A DNA stretch of 64,000 nucleotides from Dictyostelium discoideum (lineage: Eukaryota). The translations under genes were made by a program, and so were the position numbers. The notes under the pieces are model-generated. The model worked only from the letters and a program-made list of their open reading frames with translations, was not told the DNA's origin and did not search any database. This document shows, in pieces, positions 1 to 12,068 of the stretch. The number at the start of each line of letters is the position of its first letter. Within the stretch, counting starts at the first letter, position 1. The stretch spans positions 2,912,001-2,976,000 of the forward strand of contig CM000151.3 in assembly GCA_000004695.1 (NCBI GenBank), given 5' to 3'.

Positions 1-240
1 TTTTTTTTTTTAAAAAAATTATTTCTTTATATACAAATAATGTTTATGAGAGAAAAAAAAAAGAAAAATATAAAAAAATAAATTTATAATAAAAAAAGAA
101 AAAAGAAAAAAAAAGAAAATTTAATCAAAAAAAAAAAAAATAAAAATAAAAATAAAAAATAAAAAATAAAAAAAAGAAATTTGAAAATTAAATCAAAAAA
201 AAATAAAAAATAAATTTAAAAAATTAAATCAATCCAAAAA

Positions 241-860
241 ACTTAAATTTTTAAGCTTTAAAACTATTTAGGAAAAAGAGATAATAAATTTATTTTTTCC
301 AAACTTTTTTATGGATATAATATTAAAATACATTTTCATTCAAAAAAAAATAAATAAAAAGATAAAATAGTTGGAATCAAGGTTATGACAAAAAAAAAAA
401 TAAAAAAATAAAAAATGTAAAATAAAACCTTAAATATCAAAAAAAAAAAAAAAAAAAAAAAAAATTCATTAAATTTATAACTTGGGGAAAAAAAAAATGA
501 AAAATCAAAAACTAGGATATTTTATTTTCTTTTATTTTTTTTTATTATTTTTTGTTTTTATTTTATTTTTTTTATTTATTTACTTTTTCTTGTTCTGGGT
601 GGTTAGTGCTAATGTTGGTGATGTTGTTAGTGTTCCATATAATCATCCAAAAAAAAAAAAAAAAACATAAATTTTTAAGCAAAAAAGGGGGAATGAGTTT
701 GTTTTTTCCTAAACTTACAGAAATATAATATTGAAATACATTTTCATTGAAAAAATAAATAAAAAGATAAAATAGCTGAAATCAAGATTATGATTAAAAA
801 ATATAAAAAAAATAAAAAAATGTAAAACCTATAAAAAAAAAAAAAAAAGTCATTGAATTT
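241..860. repeat. Two copies of a ~200-bp AT-rich direct repeat spaced ~420 bp apart (about 241-445 and 661-860), upstream of the ADF-H gene.
   Basis: Copy 1: ATACATTTTCATTCAAAAAAAAATAAATAAAAAGATAAAATAGTTGGAATCAAGGTTATGAC...AAAAAATGTAAAATAAAACC. Copy 2: ATACATTTTCATTGAAAAAATAAATAAAAAGATAAAATAGCTGAAATCAAGATTATGATT...AAAAAATGTAAAACC. Each copy is followed by a CTTGG..(A/T)n segment. Confidence 0.6.
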
Positions 861-928
861 AAAATAAAACTTGGCTTTTTTTTTCAAATAATTTTTAATT
901 AAAAAAAAAAAAAAGATATTTTTGTGTA

Positions 929-931
<3 letters not shown>

Positions 932-988
<57 letters not shown>
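932..988. repeat. (T)~57 homopolymer about 45 bp upstream of the ADF-H gene ATG.
   Basis: Uninterrupted T run visible in sequence; an oligo(dT) promoter-proximal tract of the kind typical for Dictyostelium. Confidence 0.9.
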
Positions 989-991
<3 letters not shown>

Positions 992-1031
992 CAAAGTGAA
1001 ACAAATAAAAAAAAAAAAAAGATAATACAAA

Positions 1032-1212
1032 ATGTCAACAGATGGCCAATTAAGATTTTCATTAGCTGAAAGAAAAGCAGGCTCAATGAGCACCCCAGGA
1101 GCTGGTAATTCCGTTTCTGTATCAAATCTTGAAGATTTTAATGATGCAGTTAAATCTGTCCACAAAACAGATAGTGCCACAAATTGGTTATTAGTTGGGT
1201 AATTTTATTTCT

Positions 1213-1244
<32 letters not shown>

Positions 1245-2005
1245 TAAAAAATCTCAGATATTAATTTTTTATTTTTATCTTTTTTTTCCTGTTTTTTTTT
1301 TATTTTTTAAAGTTATGATGGATCACCAGATAAAATTAAATTATTATCAACTGGTACTAAAGGTATTAATGAATTAATTGAACATTTTGATGATACATCA
1401 ATGGTTTATGCAATTCTCAGAGTAGTTGATCATGTTGATGGAATTCCAACTGATAGATTCGTTTATATTACATTTATTGGTGATAATGTTAAAGCCATTG
1501 AAAAAGCCAAATACAGTGTAAATAAAACATCAGTTACAAAATTACTTGGTCATTATAATGTTGAAATCATTGCATCATTAAAGAGTGAATTAAGTGAAAC
1601 TGAAATTATGAATTAAAAAAAATAGTTGAACAAGTTAAAACATCATCTGATCCAATTAATTGGATGTTAATTGGTTATGAAGATAAAGAAAGATTAGGTT
1701 TAGTTGGTAAAGGTACTGGTGGTCTTCAGGAGTTAGTCTCACATTTAAAGGATCAAAATGTAAACTATGGTATCGTTGCGACCACTGATGTTATCGATGG
1801 TATCGTTCAACCAAAACATGCTCAAATTACCTTTGTTGGCGTATCAGTTTCACCAATGGTTAAAGGTCGTCTAACAACTCATAGAGGTAAGATTGATGAA
1901 TTCTTTTCACCAATTCATGTTTCATTATTTTCTGAAAATCCTTCACAAGATTTAACTGATGAAATTTTAGCTCAAAAAGTTCAACAATTAAAAGGTATGA
2001 AATAA
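1032..2005 (+). CDS. Actin-binding protein with two tandem ADF-H (coactosin-like) domains. Exon 1 is 1032-1198; a GTAATT...AAAG intron spans 1199-1312; exon 2 is 1313-1616 (stop TAA at 1614-1616). The second ADF-H domain is in a different frame at 1604-2005.
   Basis: Translation reads MSTDGQLRF...TNWLLVG|YDGSPDKIKLLSTGTKG...FVYITFIGDNVKAIEKAKYSVNKTSV, a typical coactosin/Abp1-type ADF-H pattern (NW.L.GY...G.GG..EL...FI.W.G.N). A second copy (INWMLIGYEDKERLGLVGKGTGGLQELVSHL...ITFVGVSVSPMVKGRL) follows 47 nt later in frame -1. The poly-T promoter, ATG context and splice phases are consistent. The domain call is inference from motif memory. Confidence 0.55.
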
Positions 2006-2215
2006 GAGAAGAAACTTAAATAAAACAAAATTTTAGGTTTAATCAAAAGTTGTAAAATTATTAAATAAAATTCAATTTTTTTATACACAAAAGTAAAGGT
2101 TTGGGGGGTGGAGAAAATTATGAAAGTAATGTTTTTTTTTATTTTATTTTTTATTTATAGAACAAAATTAATATTGTGTTTGTTTATTTTTTTTATTTTT
2201 TTATTTTAAAATTTT

Positions 2216-4403
2216 TTAACTACCAAGTGAACCACAATCTAAATAATAATCAATTCTTTCACCACCATCTGAATCTGAATCTGAAATATCTGAATCATCG
2301 TCATTATCTTCATTACTTTGATTATTACCATTATTATGATTTTTATCATTTAATGAGGATTTCTTAACACTATTACCATGGTCACCAACTGAACCAGATT
2401 CATTACCTCTAATTGAATCATCTTCATGATCATGTTCATCATCGCTATTGAATGCTTCTTCATCATCTTCAATTGATTTATTATTATTATTTAAATTTTG
2501 TTGTTCTTCTTGTATTTGTTGCTTTTTTTGTTGTAGTTGTGGTTGTTGTTGTGATTGTTGTGGTGGTTGCTGTTGTGGTTGTTGTTGTGGTTGTTGTTGT
2601 CCCTCGTTTGGTATGGTTTTAATATTATTATTATTATTATTATTTTTACAATCATTTTCATTGTTACCATTCATAGTGGTATAATTATGATTACCAGTGG
2701 TATTATCAGTGTTATTCTTTATATTGTTATTGTAGCTGATGATGTTGTTATTGATACAACCATTAATATCACTATTTTCGGTTTCATTTTTTATATTGCA
2801 ATGATTGTCATTGCTATTCTTGTATTCATTATCGTTACTACTACTATTATTATTTTTATTGTATTCAACCTTAATTAATATATCGCTATTACTATTATTA
2901 CCATTTACAACATTACAATTATTACTACCCTCATTACCATTATTACTATTAATACTATTATTACTATTAACACTATTATCACTATTATCGTTATTATTAT
3001 CAACATTACTATTATCATTATCATTATTATTATTATCATTATCATTATTAATATTACTAATATTATTACTATTATTATTATTATTGTCATTATCATTACT
3101 ATTATTATCAACATTACTATCACCATTATTATCACCATTATTATTATTGACATTATTGTTGTTACTATTGCTATTATTATTATCTACATCGCCGGTGACG
3201 TTATTATTTCCATGAGGACTAACAGTTTTTTTTTTTTGAATTAATCTCAACATACCCTTTGATGACCAAAATTGATGTTGAATTTGTTCATATTGATTAT
3301 ATAACATATTCATTCTAAATAGTTTTTTTTTTTTTTTTTTTTTTTTAATGTTAGAAATTATTATTATTATTAAAAAAGGATCAATAATACATACTTATCA
3401 GTTTCATGATTATAATAAGATTCACCACATTGTACTTTTCTCTTTAAACAAGCAAAGATGGTGCCATGAATTGTAGCTAAAGATCTATCAATACTTGTAT
3501 TATCAATTTGTGGAATCTAAAAATATATGTATCAATATTTTAAATATAAATTGGAATATTTATTAATCAATCTTTCTATCAATCAATATTTCTATCCTTA
3601 TATATTTATATTTAAAAAACTTACCATATGTTCATCAGCGCCATGACATAAATGATCATTAATGATACGAATATTTTTAAAGTATTTTGTATATTTATTT
3701 TGATGAGGATCGAGAGTCATATATTTTGAACGAATTGCAAATCTTTCTTTATGTTTTGCTTCATTACTAATGTACATTAAAAATGGAATACAAGATGGAT
3801 GTTTCTTTACTAATCTTAGAATGAGTTTAGTATCTAAATGAACACCTTCAACAATTAATGATTCTTTTCTCTTTTCATAATGTCCAATTAAAATATCTAA
3901 TTTATTAAAAATCATTTCATTTTGTGCTTCATAACCTTGTAAAATCTATAAAATAAAATTAAAAATAAAAAGTTATTAATTATATATATATAACATTTAA
4001 AAAAAAAAAAAAAAAAAGAATTAATTACTTTTTCTTTATGTGATAATGATGGATTTGAAATGATTTCACCAGCATGATAAGTTGAAGCCCAAAGTATAGG
4101 TGATTCTTGTCTACTAATGAATTTTCTTAGTAATTGTCTAATGTTATCAGTAGAGATAACAGCAGTGAAACCGATTCTTGAGGCTAATAAAGCAGTGAGT
4201 GTTGATTTACCACAACCAGATGTACCACCCAATAAAATGGTAAAAGAATGTTTTTTATCTTGAACTTCACATGATACAGGGAAATCAATTATATATTGTG
4301 GCTTTGAATATTGATAACATGATAGTATGTGACCAATGATATAATAGAAAATATTTCTTTGAATTGATACACAATAAATTGGTGGTTGTGTTGTTGTTGT
4401 TGC

Positions 4404-4448
<45 letters not shown>

Positions 4449-5110
4449 TGATTGTTCAGTTTTTGTAATTGAATCAGTTGTAACAATTGCATTATTATTT
4501 GTAGCAGTTAATTGTTTGTTTTGTTCAATTCTACACTTTTCAAGTTGTTCAAACACTGTATTTGAAATTTGTCTTGCATGAATTGATTTACATCCCATAA
4601 ATTTCAATGTTAAATTCAAATGAAATCTTGCATATCTTTTAATTGAATCTACACAATGAAAATCTCTACAATCTTTAATTTCAAAACAATTTATATAATT
4701 ATAAATCTATATAAAAATATTTTTTAAAAAAAAAAAAAAAAATTAATTATTTTATACTTTTTTTTTTTAAAAAAAAAAAAATATATAATGAATAATTATT
4801 AAATATTTACCTCTTTAACAATTGATAAATTCTCATTGTTTTGTTGAAATTGGAATGGATAAGGTGTGGTTTTATTTGGTGTGGTTGAATATAGTTTCTT
4901 TGGTAATGGTATCAATGATGGGAATTTTGGATTTGGTTGGTGTTGTTGTTGTATATATGATTCATCTACCAAATATATATATGCCATTGTACCATCTCTA
5001 ATACAATCTACTATTGGATTACTTGGTGAATGTATGGTAGGTATATTACTATTATTGTTCAATGAAAATGAAGACACTCCATTGTTAATAATATTTGTTG
5101 TTGTTGTCAT
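2216..5110 (-). CDS. P-loop NTPase of the 2-phosphoglycerate-kinase-like family with a long Asn/Gln-rich C-terminal extension. Five-exon model: 4811-5110, 4029-4706, 3625-3945, 3395-3516, 2216-3314.
   Basis: Exon 2 carries a Walker A motif (ILLGGTSGCGKSTLTALLASRIGFTAVISTDNIRQL). Exon 3 carries LIVEGVHLDTKLI...HPSCIPFLMYISNEAKHKERF, which is 2PGK-like. All splice junctions are in phase (GTAAAT/GTAATT/GTAAGT/GTATGT donors, TAG/AAG acceptors). The last junction (donor GAT AA|GTATGT at 3394, acceptor TATTTAG|A at 3315) joins the kinase-like domain in phase to the MNMLYNQYEQ...poly-N ORF at 2216-3313. Without that splice the protein would end DKYVLLILF* at about 3370, so the alternative is two separate genes (2216-3313 and 3370-5110). 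Confidence 0.55.
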
Positions 5111-5204
5111 TATATGTTGACAATATATATGTATAAATTTATGATATAAATTTTTTTTTTTTTTTTTTTTTTCCAATATTGCTATTAATAATGCAACTTT
5201 TTTT

Positions 5205-5236
<32 letters not shown>

Positions 5237-5405
5237 TTAATTTTTTTTTTTTTTTTTAAAAATTCAAAAAAAAATTCAAAAAAAAAAAAAAAAAAAAAGA
5301 AATCAAAAAAAAACTGTTGTTATTTTATTTATTAGGTTATATACCTAAAAAAAAATATATTATTTTATTTTATTTGGCAATGATATTAATACTGAAAGAG
5401 AATTA

Positions 5406-5442
<37 letters not shown>

Positions 5443-5687
5443 TTTTTATGATAATAATTTATTTTAATACAAAAAAAAAAAAAAAAAAAAATAAAAATTA
5501 ATTTTTATTTTTATTTTTAATTTTCATTTTTTAATTTTTTTAATTTTTTTTTTTTTTTTTTTTTTGGAAATTGCATGTGGAAATAAATCAACTTTTTTAA
5601 TAAAAAAAAAATTATAGTGACAGTGAACTTAAATTTGGTTTATTTTATTTTTTTTTTATTTTTTTAATTTTTTTTTTTTTTTTTCCA

Positions 5688-7460
5688 ATGTTAAAAAAAG
5701 TTTTTAAATTAAAAAATTTTGTTGAAAATAAAAATTTTAAATTTAATTCCCTTTTGATATTAAACAATAACAATAATAATTTCTATAACAATAAAAATAA
5801 TAATAGTTTTAATAAAAGATTTTATTCAACAAATAATTTAATAATGTCAGTACCATCATCAGTAATAGAGAATCATCTTGTACCAAAGGAGATTCCAGTT
5901 TATCGTTTAAATGCTCGTGAATCATTCAATCTATTAACAGAGAAAGAACAACTCTATGCCCATCATATTAGTGTTGCCTGTTGGTGGGGTTCAAAAATTT
6001 GTCTTGGTCAAACATCTATTGAAAGTGGTCCAATCTTTAATCTCTTTCAAAATCTTTTCTCAATTCAAAATTTAAAATCAACTGTTGTTCCAAATATTGT
6101 TTCTGAAGAAGAATATTCTGATTTATTATCATATGCTGCAACTTTTTATGGTAATATGGGTAATTACTTAAGTTTTGGTGATAGTAAATTTATTGTAAAG
6201 TATATTTTTTTTTTTTTTAAAATAAAATAAAAAAAAATAATAATAGTTTATTAATTTTTTTATTTTTATTTATTTTTATATAGCCAAGAATTTCAAAAGA
6301 AAAATTACAATTAATTATTAATAAAGTTAATGATAATAAAGTCAATGAATATTGGGGTAAATGTAGTGAATTAATGTATTCATTAGATAAACAAGTAAGA
6401 GAATTGGGTATTGATGGTAATGGTATTTCAACCTATTATTCACCAAATATTACAAAGGTTGAAATTGAAAAAGTACAAAAGTTTATGGACTCAAAGAGCA
6501 TTTCACCATATAATACTCGTTTATTCAAAGTTTCAGAGAATAACTATAACCTTTTGATTGCTAGTGCTTCAACTTCAACTCCAACTGTCTCTCATCAATT
6601 CGATGGTTACACCATTAATATCGTCTATGGTGATTGGAATAAGAACTTAACCAAAGTAGTAGATAATCTTAAATTGGCTTTACCATACGCTGCAAATGAA
6701 AATCAAACAAATATGCTCAAGAAATATATTGATTCTTTCTATAGTGGTTCAATTGATGATCATAAAGATAGTCAAAGATGGTGGATTAAAGATATTTCTC
6801 CGTAAGTTTTTTTTTTATTTTTATTTTTTTTATTTTTTTTTTTTTAGTTTTATTTTTTATTGTTAATCAAAATTAATTAATTTACTAATTTATTTATTTA
6901 TTTTTATTTAGAGCTGTTGAAACTAATATTGGTTTCATTGAAAGTTATCGTGATCCATATGGTGTAAGAGGTGAATGGGAAGGTTTCGTTTCAATGGTTA
7001 ACAAAGAAATGAGTTTGAAATTTGGAAAATTAACAGATAATGCCACTACTTTCTTATCAAAATTACCATGGGACAAGAGCTTTGAAAAAGAAAAATTCAA
7101 CAAACCAGATTTTACTTCTTTAGAAGTTTTAACATTTGCTACAACTGGTATTCCAGCTGGTATTAATTTAAGTAATTGTAAGGTTTATTTATTTTTTTTT
7201 TTTAATATTAATTTTTTTTTTTTTTAAAAATTATTTCTAACTTTTTTTTTTTTTTTTTTGTTTTCCATTTTTTAAATTGAAACCAAATAGATGATGATAT
7301 TCGTCAAACTGAAGGTTTCAAGAATGTATCATTAGGTAATGTTATTGCCGCAAGAAAGGATGAGTATGTTACTTTTATCCAAGAAAGTGATCAAAAATTA
7401 TTCAATGAATTATCAACTGAAGCATTCGAATTACAAGTTGGCATTCATGAAGTAAGTTTC

Positions 7461-7492
<32 letters not shown>

Positions 7493-8307
7493 TATAAAGT
7501 ATTAATTATTATTTTTTATTTATTTAGTTATATGGTCATGGTTCAGGTAAACTTTTCACAACAGATGCTAATGGTAATGTTAACTTTAAAGTTGGTGAAG
7601 TTATTAATCCACTTACAAACAAACCAATTGACCCAAAGACTGAAGTATATAAATTTGGTGAAACTTATGACAGTGTTTTCAAATCATTGGGTTCACCAAT
7701 GGAAGAATGTAGAGCAGAATGTTGTGGTATCTATTTATCACCAGATGAAAAGATTCTTGAACTCTTTGGTTTCACAGATCCAAAGAAAGCTGAAGATGTC
7801 TACTATGTCAATTGGTTGATTATGGCACGTGCTGGTGTCTGTGCATTGGAATTTTATAGTCCACCAAGTGAAGGTGCACCAGGTAAATGGAGACAAGCTC
7901 ATATGCAAGCCAGATATTGTATTTTAACAACATTCTTACGTTCTGGTATTGTCACTTTAGACAAGACTGCCGACGATGTAATTGTCAAACTTGATAAAAG
8001 TAAAATTAGAGGTATTGGTGTTAAAGCTGTTGGTGATTTCCTCAATAGATTAATGGTTTACAAAGCAACTGCAAATATTGATGCCTCAATCAAATTATTC
8101 GATGAATATACTCATGTCAATGAAGAATTCCTCGCCATTAGAGATATAGTTTTGGCTAAAAAGAAACCAAGAAAGGTATTTGTTCAAGCTCATACATATC
8201 TCAATTCAAATGGTAAAGTTTGTCTTCAAGATTTTGATGACTCAACTCAAGGTATGATCGATTCAATGATCACCAGATTTGGTAAAGATGATTCTGATAT
8301 GTTATAA
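5688..8307 (+). CDS. Dipeptidyl-peptidase III (M49 metallopeptidase). Five exons: 5688-6194, 6284-6801, 6912-7177, 7291-7451, 7528-8307.
   Basis: The zinc motif [11 protein letters not shown] is split by an intron (QVGIHE|gtaagt...ag|LYGHGSGKL). The second motif [13 protein letters not shown] is present. Every exon junction is in phase with GTAAAG/GTAAGT/GTAAGG donors. Total length is about 740 aa, typical for DPP III. Confidence 0.85.
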
Positions 8308-8334
8308 AGCTTTTTATTAAATTTCCAAAAAATA

Positions 8335-8428
8335 AAATAATATAAAATAAAATAAAATAAAATAAAATAAAATATAAAATAAAATAAAATATAAAATAAA
8401 ATAAAATATAAAATAAATAAATATTATC
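8335..8428. repeat. (AAAAT)n / (ATAAAATAAA)n microsatellite in the 3' flank of the DPP III gene.
   Basis: ataaaataaaataaaataaaataaaataaaatataaaataaaataaaatataaaat... Confidence 0.85.
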
Positions 8429-9092
8429 TTTGAAAAAAGGTAAAAAATTTTAAAAAAATATTGTTTGAGATTTACTATTTTTATTTTTTGGTATGGAAGA
8501 AGATATTTAATTTTTTTAAATAAAATACAATATTTTTTATTTTAATTTAATAAAAACACACCAATAAGGATATAGATTTATTTATATTAAAAAATTAAAT
8601 ATTATTATACATTTATTTTTTTCGAGTTATATTTGGTAATTTCTTTGATAAAAATCATTTTGAATCAATTTCTGGCTCTCTAGCTCTGGCCCAAAACAGT
8701 AATCCAATGTGCCGGTATTAATAAAATGATCAACACCATACAACATTAAACATGCCATATATGCTTTTGGTGAGTCTAAATTTCAATAACCAGAACTTTG
8801 AAATTTTTTTAAAAATGAGAAAAACAATTATAAATCTTTTCAAATCTTAATATTGTTTTTTTTTATAAAAATATTAATTATTAATATTTATTTTATTATA
8901 ATTAAATCATTTTTTAATAATAATAATAATTATAAAAACCAAATAATTAAATTCAAAATTGGTAAATTTCTATAATCTATTTTTGAATAATAAATATTTA
9001 TTAAAATATAATAATATTCTAATATTATTACATTTATTAAAATATAATAATATACTAATACTATTATATTCATTACTTTTAAATTTCTTTTT

Positions 9093-9794
9093 TTACAGAA
9101 ATTTGTTGACTGTAATTAATAAAATACCATTAACATATCTTGCTTTAATTGTATCTTTGTCAACAGTATTTGAATTAAATTCCAATACTCTTTTGTAAAC
9201 ACCAATTGATTTTTCATGTCTTTTAAATTCACACATATTTTGAAATAATGGATAAACTGATTTCTTCTTTGCTACAATTGTAAGAATATTGTTAGTGAGA
9301 TCAACTTTAACATCATCTTTATCGACCCCTGCTATCTCTAATTCAATATGAATAACCTTATTAATTTCATGAATAAAAGTAAGTGGTTCAAAGAAAGTGA
9401 ATAATGGAATATCCTGAGATTTCAATTTTTGATGAGGTGGTTCATTATTTCCATTACAATCTTCACATTTATATGGTATTGAATTATTCAACCAAGATGA
9501 AATATTTCCAAATCCATTTTCAAAATCATTTTCATAAAATTGAGCCTTATTTTTCTTTCTAGTTTCTTTTTCTTCGTTTCCTTGGAATGATGAAGAAGAT
9601 AAACTTCTTTTATAATTACATATTTTATTATTATAATTTTTAAAATTGTTTTGTTTGGGATTTTTAATTAAATAAACCAAAGAAGAATTTTCATTATCAC
9701 TATTATATTGATATTTATAATTTGTTTTTTGAATGGGATTAAAATTGTTAAATTGTTTTATTTGGTCTTGAATTTGGTAAGTAACTTCTGTCAT
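9093..9794 (-). CDS. Small heat-shock protein of the Hsp20/alpha-crystallin-domain family (HspG-type). Single exon.
   Basis: The C-terminal half reads FHEINKVIHIELEIAGVDKDDVKVDLTNNILTIVAKKK...CEFKRHEKSIGVYKRVLEF..VDKDTIKARYVNGILLITV, an alpha-crystallin-domain signature. The N-terminal half is Asn-rich and unrelated to it. Stop TAA is at 9090-9092. Confidence 0.8.
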   Translation of the reverse strand: MTEVTYQIQDQIKQFNNFNPIQKTNYKYQYNSDNENSSLVYLIKNPKQNNFKNYNNKICNYKRSLSSSSFQGNEEKETRKKNKAQFYENDFENGFGNISSWLNNSIPYKCEDCNGNNEPPHQKLKSQDIPLFTFFEPLTFIHEINKVIHIELEIAGVDKDDVKVDLTNNILTIVAKKKSVYPLFQNMCEFKRHEKSIGVYKRVLEFNSNTVDKDTIKARYVNGILLITVNKFL

Positions 9795-10561
9795 TATATT
9801 TAAAAATTTCTAGTGATATATGTGTATTATAAAATCCAGTTTTTTAATTGTTAATTATTATTTTTGAATATTTTGATAATATTTTTTTTTTTTTTTTTTT
9901 TTAAAACTTTTTAATTATTTATAAAAAAAAAAAAAAAATTAAAAAAAAAATTAAAAAAATTAATTAATAAATAGTTGGTTTCTTAAAATGTAATAACTTA
10001 AAACTTCAAACTGGTACTATGTCCCTTAGGGGGTATTTTTAAACATAATTAATATAAAAATACCTAAAAAATAACAATATTTTAATTGTTTTTTTAACCC
10101 ACAACTTAATTTTTTAAGAAAAAAAAACTTAAATTTTAATAATTTTTTTTTTTTTTTTTTTTTTTTTCAACACAAAAACCAAATTATTTTAAATCCTAAA
10201 AAAAAAAAAAATAGTTACATTTTGGAAAATAAAAAGTTTCTTCCCAAACCAAAAACTTTAAAATATCTCAAAAAGATAAACTGGCTGAAATTAAGGTAAG
10301 ATTTGTATTAAAATAAAATTTGATTTGTTATTTTAAACTATAAACTTAAAAAAATAAAAAAATAAAAAAAAAAAAACTTTAATTACAAATTGTTTTTTAT
10401 ATTTTTTTTTTTTTTTTTTTTTAAGTTGGTCTATTAATATTTAAAATAATCACTTTTGGAATAATATTTTATTCATATTTAGGGTAATACAATTTAAAAT
10501 CTTTTTTTATTATATTTTATTAAAAGTTTTTTTTTTTTTTTTTTTTTTTTTTTATTATTTC

Positions 10562-12019
10562 TTATTGTTGTTGTGAAAGTTTATTAAAAATATCCTGACC
10601 CATTTTAGATTCAAGAGTTCCAATAAAAGCAAGAGTATTCTTTAAATATGTAATTTCATTGAAACAGGTTGATGGTATAATTTTCTTTGCCATATTATAT
10701 AAATTGAAAATTAATGATGCTGTCTTACTATTTAATTCACCAACATTTAATAATGCATTTATTAAATCAATACAAATGATACCAACTTTTTTCTGTGTCT
10801 ATAATATATTTTTTTTTTTTTTTTTAATAAATGTTAATATTAAATAACATAAATAAATAAAAAATGAAAAAAAAAAAAAAAATAAAATACCTTACTAAAT
10901 TATCTGGTTCATCTTTCAAAAGATTTAAATCATATAAAATTTCTTTAATTAATGAATTATAAAATTCTGTTAATTCTGTATTAAACTCTGGATCTTCTGT
11001 AAATAATTGATCATTTGATTCAACTTTTTCAATATGATATGGTAATGAAGTTTGTGCCCTTTTTTTTTTTAAAAAAAAAAATAAATATATAATAATAAAA
11101 TTAATAATTAAAAAAATTTTTTTCACTATAATTTAATAATAATAATTTTTAATAACTTACCAAGAAGAACAAAGTAATAATAATTGAATAAATAATTTTG
11201 ATTTAGCAGTTGAACTTGATTCCCATTGATATTCTTTAATGACTTTATAAAGAGCCTTTACTAAATAGAAAGGACCACTTTCAGGATGACCAGGAGTTAC
11301 AACTAAAAGTGAGATAAAATCAGAGACATAAGAGATTGTCCAATCTTCAGTTGATTTAACTTGTTTAAACTCCAAGATTGGAGGGATTTCTTGAATAAAA
11401 GTGATGGCAGCCTTTAATAAAGCATCGGCTTGAGAGAGTGCTTGATTTTGTAAAGCCACAGATGAAGAGACTAAATAAAGATTCATCTTTAAAAAGATAT
11501 CATCAATTGATGGAATTGTAATGAAGCAATAGGCAACACAAGCACGAATAAAAGAGGTAGTCTTTGGAGTATGTTTACCTTTTACCAAATTTAAAGTTTT
11601 CTCACAAATTTCACAAACACCATAGACCAATCTATTCTTTACACCATCGAAATTGATAAAGGTTTGTCTACACTCTACATAAAAGTTTAACTGTTTTTCA
11701 ACATCTCTTCCGAAATCAATCTTATTGATACAATTTACAACCAATTGAGTGACTTGTCTAACTTCATCTTGGAAACTAAGACTATTCAATGAATCATGTA
11801 ATGCTTTACCATAGGTAAGGAATGTATTTATCAATATTGGATCTGATGTCATAACTTTTGATGTTGATAATGCTTCTAATGTTGATCTACTAATTTGTTT
11901 TTGTGATTCACCATTAAATAAATCTAATAATGGTAAAAAGTTTGTCTAAATAATATTATTTAAAATAAAATAAATAATAAATCAATAATTATTTTTTAAT
12001 TTAATCAATAATAATTAAA

Positions 12020-12068
<49 letters not shown>

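Noticed and set aside
482-1180. Small ORFs in poly-A/T DNA (482..670, 899..1180, 1195..1377). The same kind of ORF occurs at 2176..2367, 8959..9198, 10659..10847, 19754..19951, 20688..20870, 23174..23407, 24367..24555, 31257..31492, 36492..36683, 37071..37256, 38556..38768, 42122..42316, 51753..52004, 59678..60028, 60120..60308 and 61176..61361.
   Set aside because: These are translations of homopolymer or microsatellite intergenic or intronic sequence (poly-K, poly-F, poly-Y). They are not coding.
1594-1625. A 32-nt GT..AG interval that would join the two ADF-H domains in frame
   Set aside because: Far shorter than any plausible Dictyostelium intron (normally 60 nt or more) and lacks the usual GTAAGT/GTATGT donor. 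The frame change is better explained by an indel at the A8 run.
2448-3215. Plus-strand ORFs 2448..2684, 2555..2878, 2805..3215 and minus-strand ORF 2905..3153. Similar low-complexity antisense ORFs occur at 4289..4492, 4866..5120, 15593..15817, 18311..18520, 22419..22637, 25049..25300, 30701..30892, 34709..35047, 35213..35503, 50082..50411, 51047..51536, 61461..61943 and 62376..62621.
   Set aside because: They are poly-L/I/V/C/F translations of the opposite strand or alternative frame of (AAT)n/(CAA)n/(GAT)n coding repeats inside well-supported genes. They have no start context, no domain and no independent splice signals.
9795-10100. Heat-shock elements (nGAAnnTTCn arrays) upstream of the sHSP gene
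   Set aside because: Only weak partial matches (aaaTTTCtaGtg). I could not identify a convincing three-unit HSE by eye, so it is not reported as a feature.
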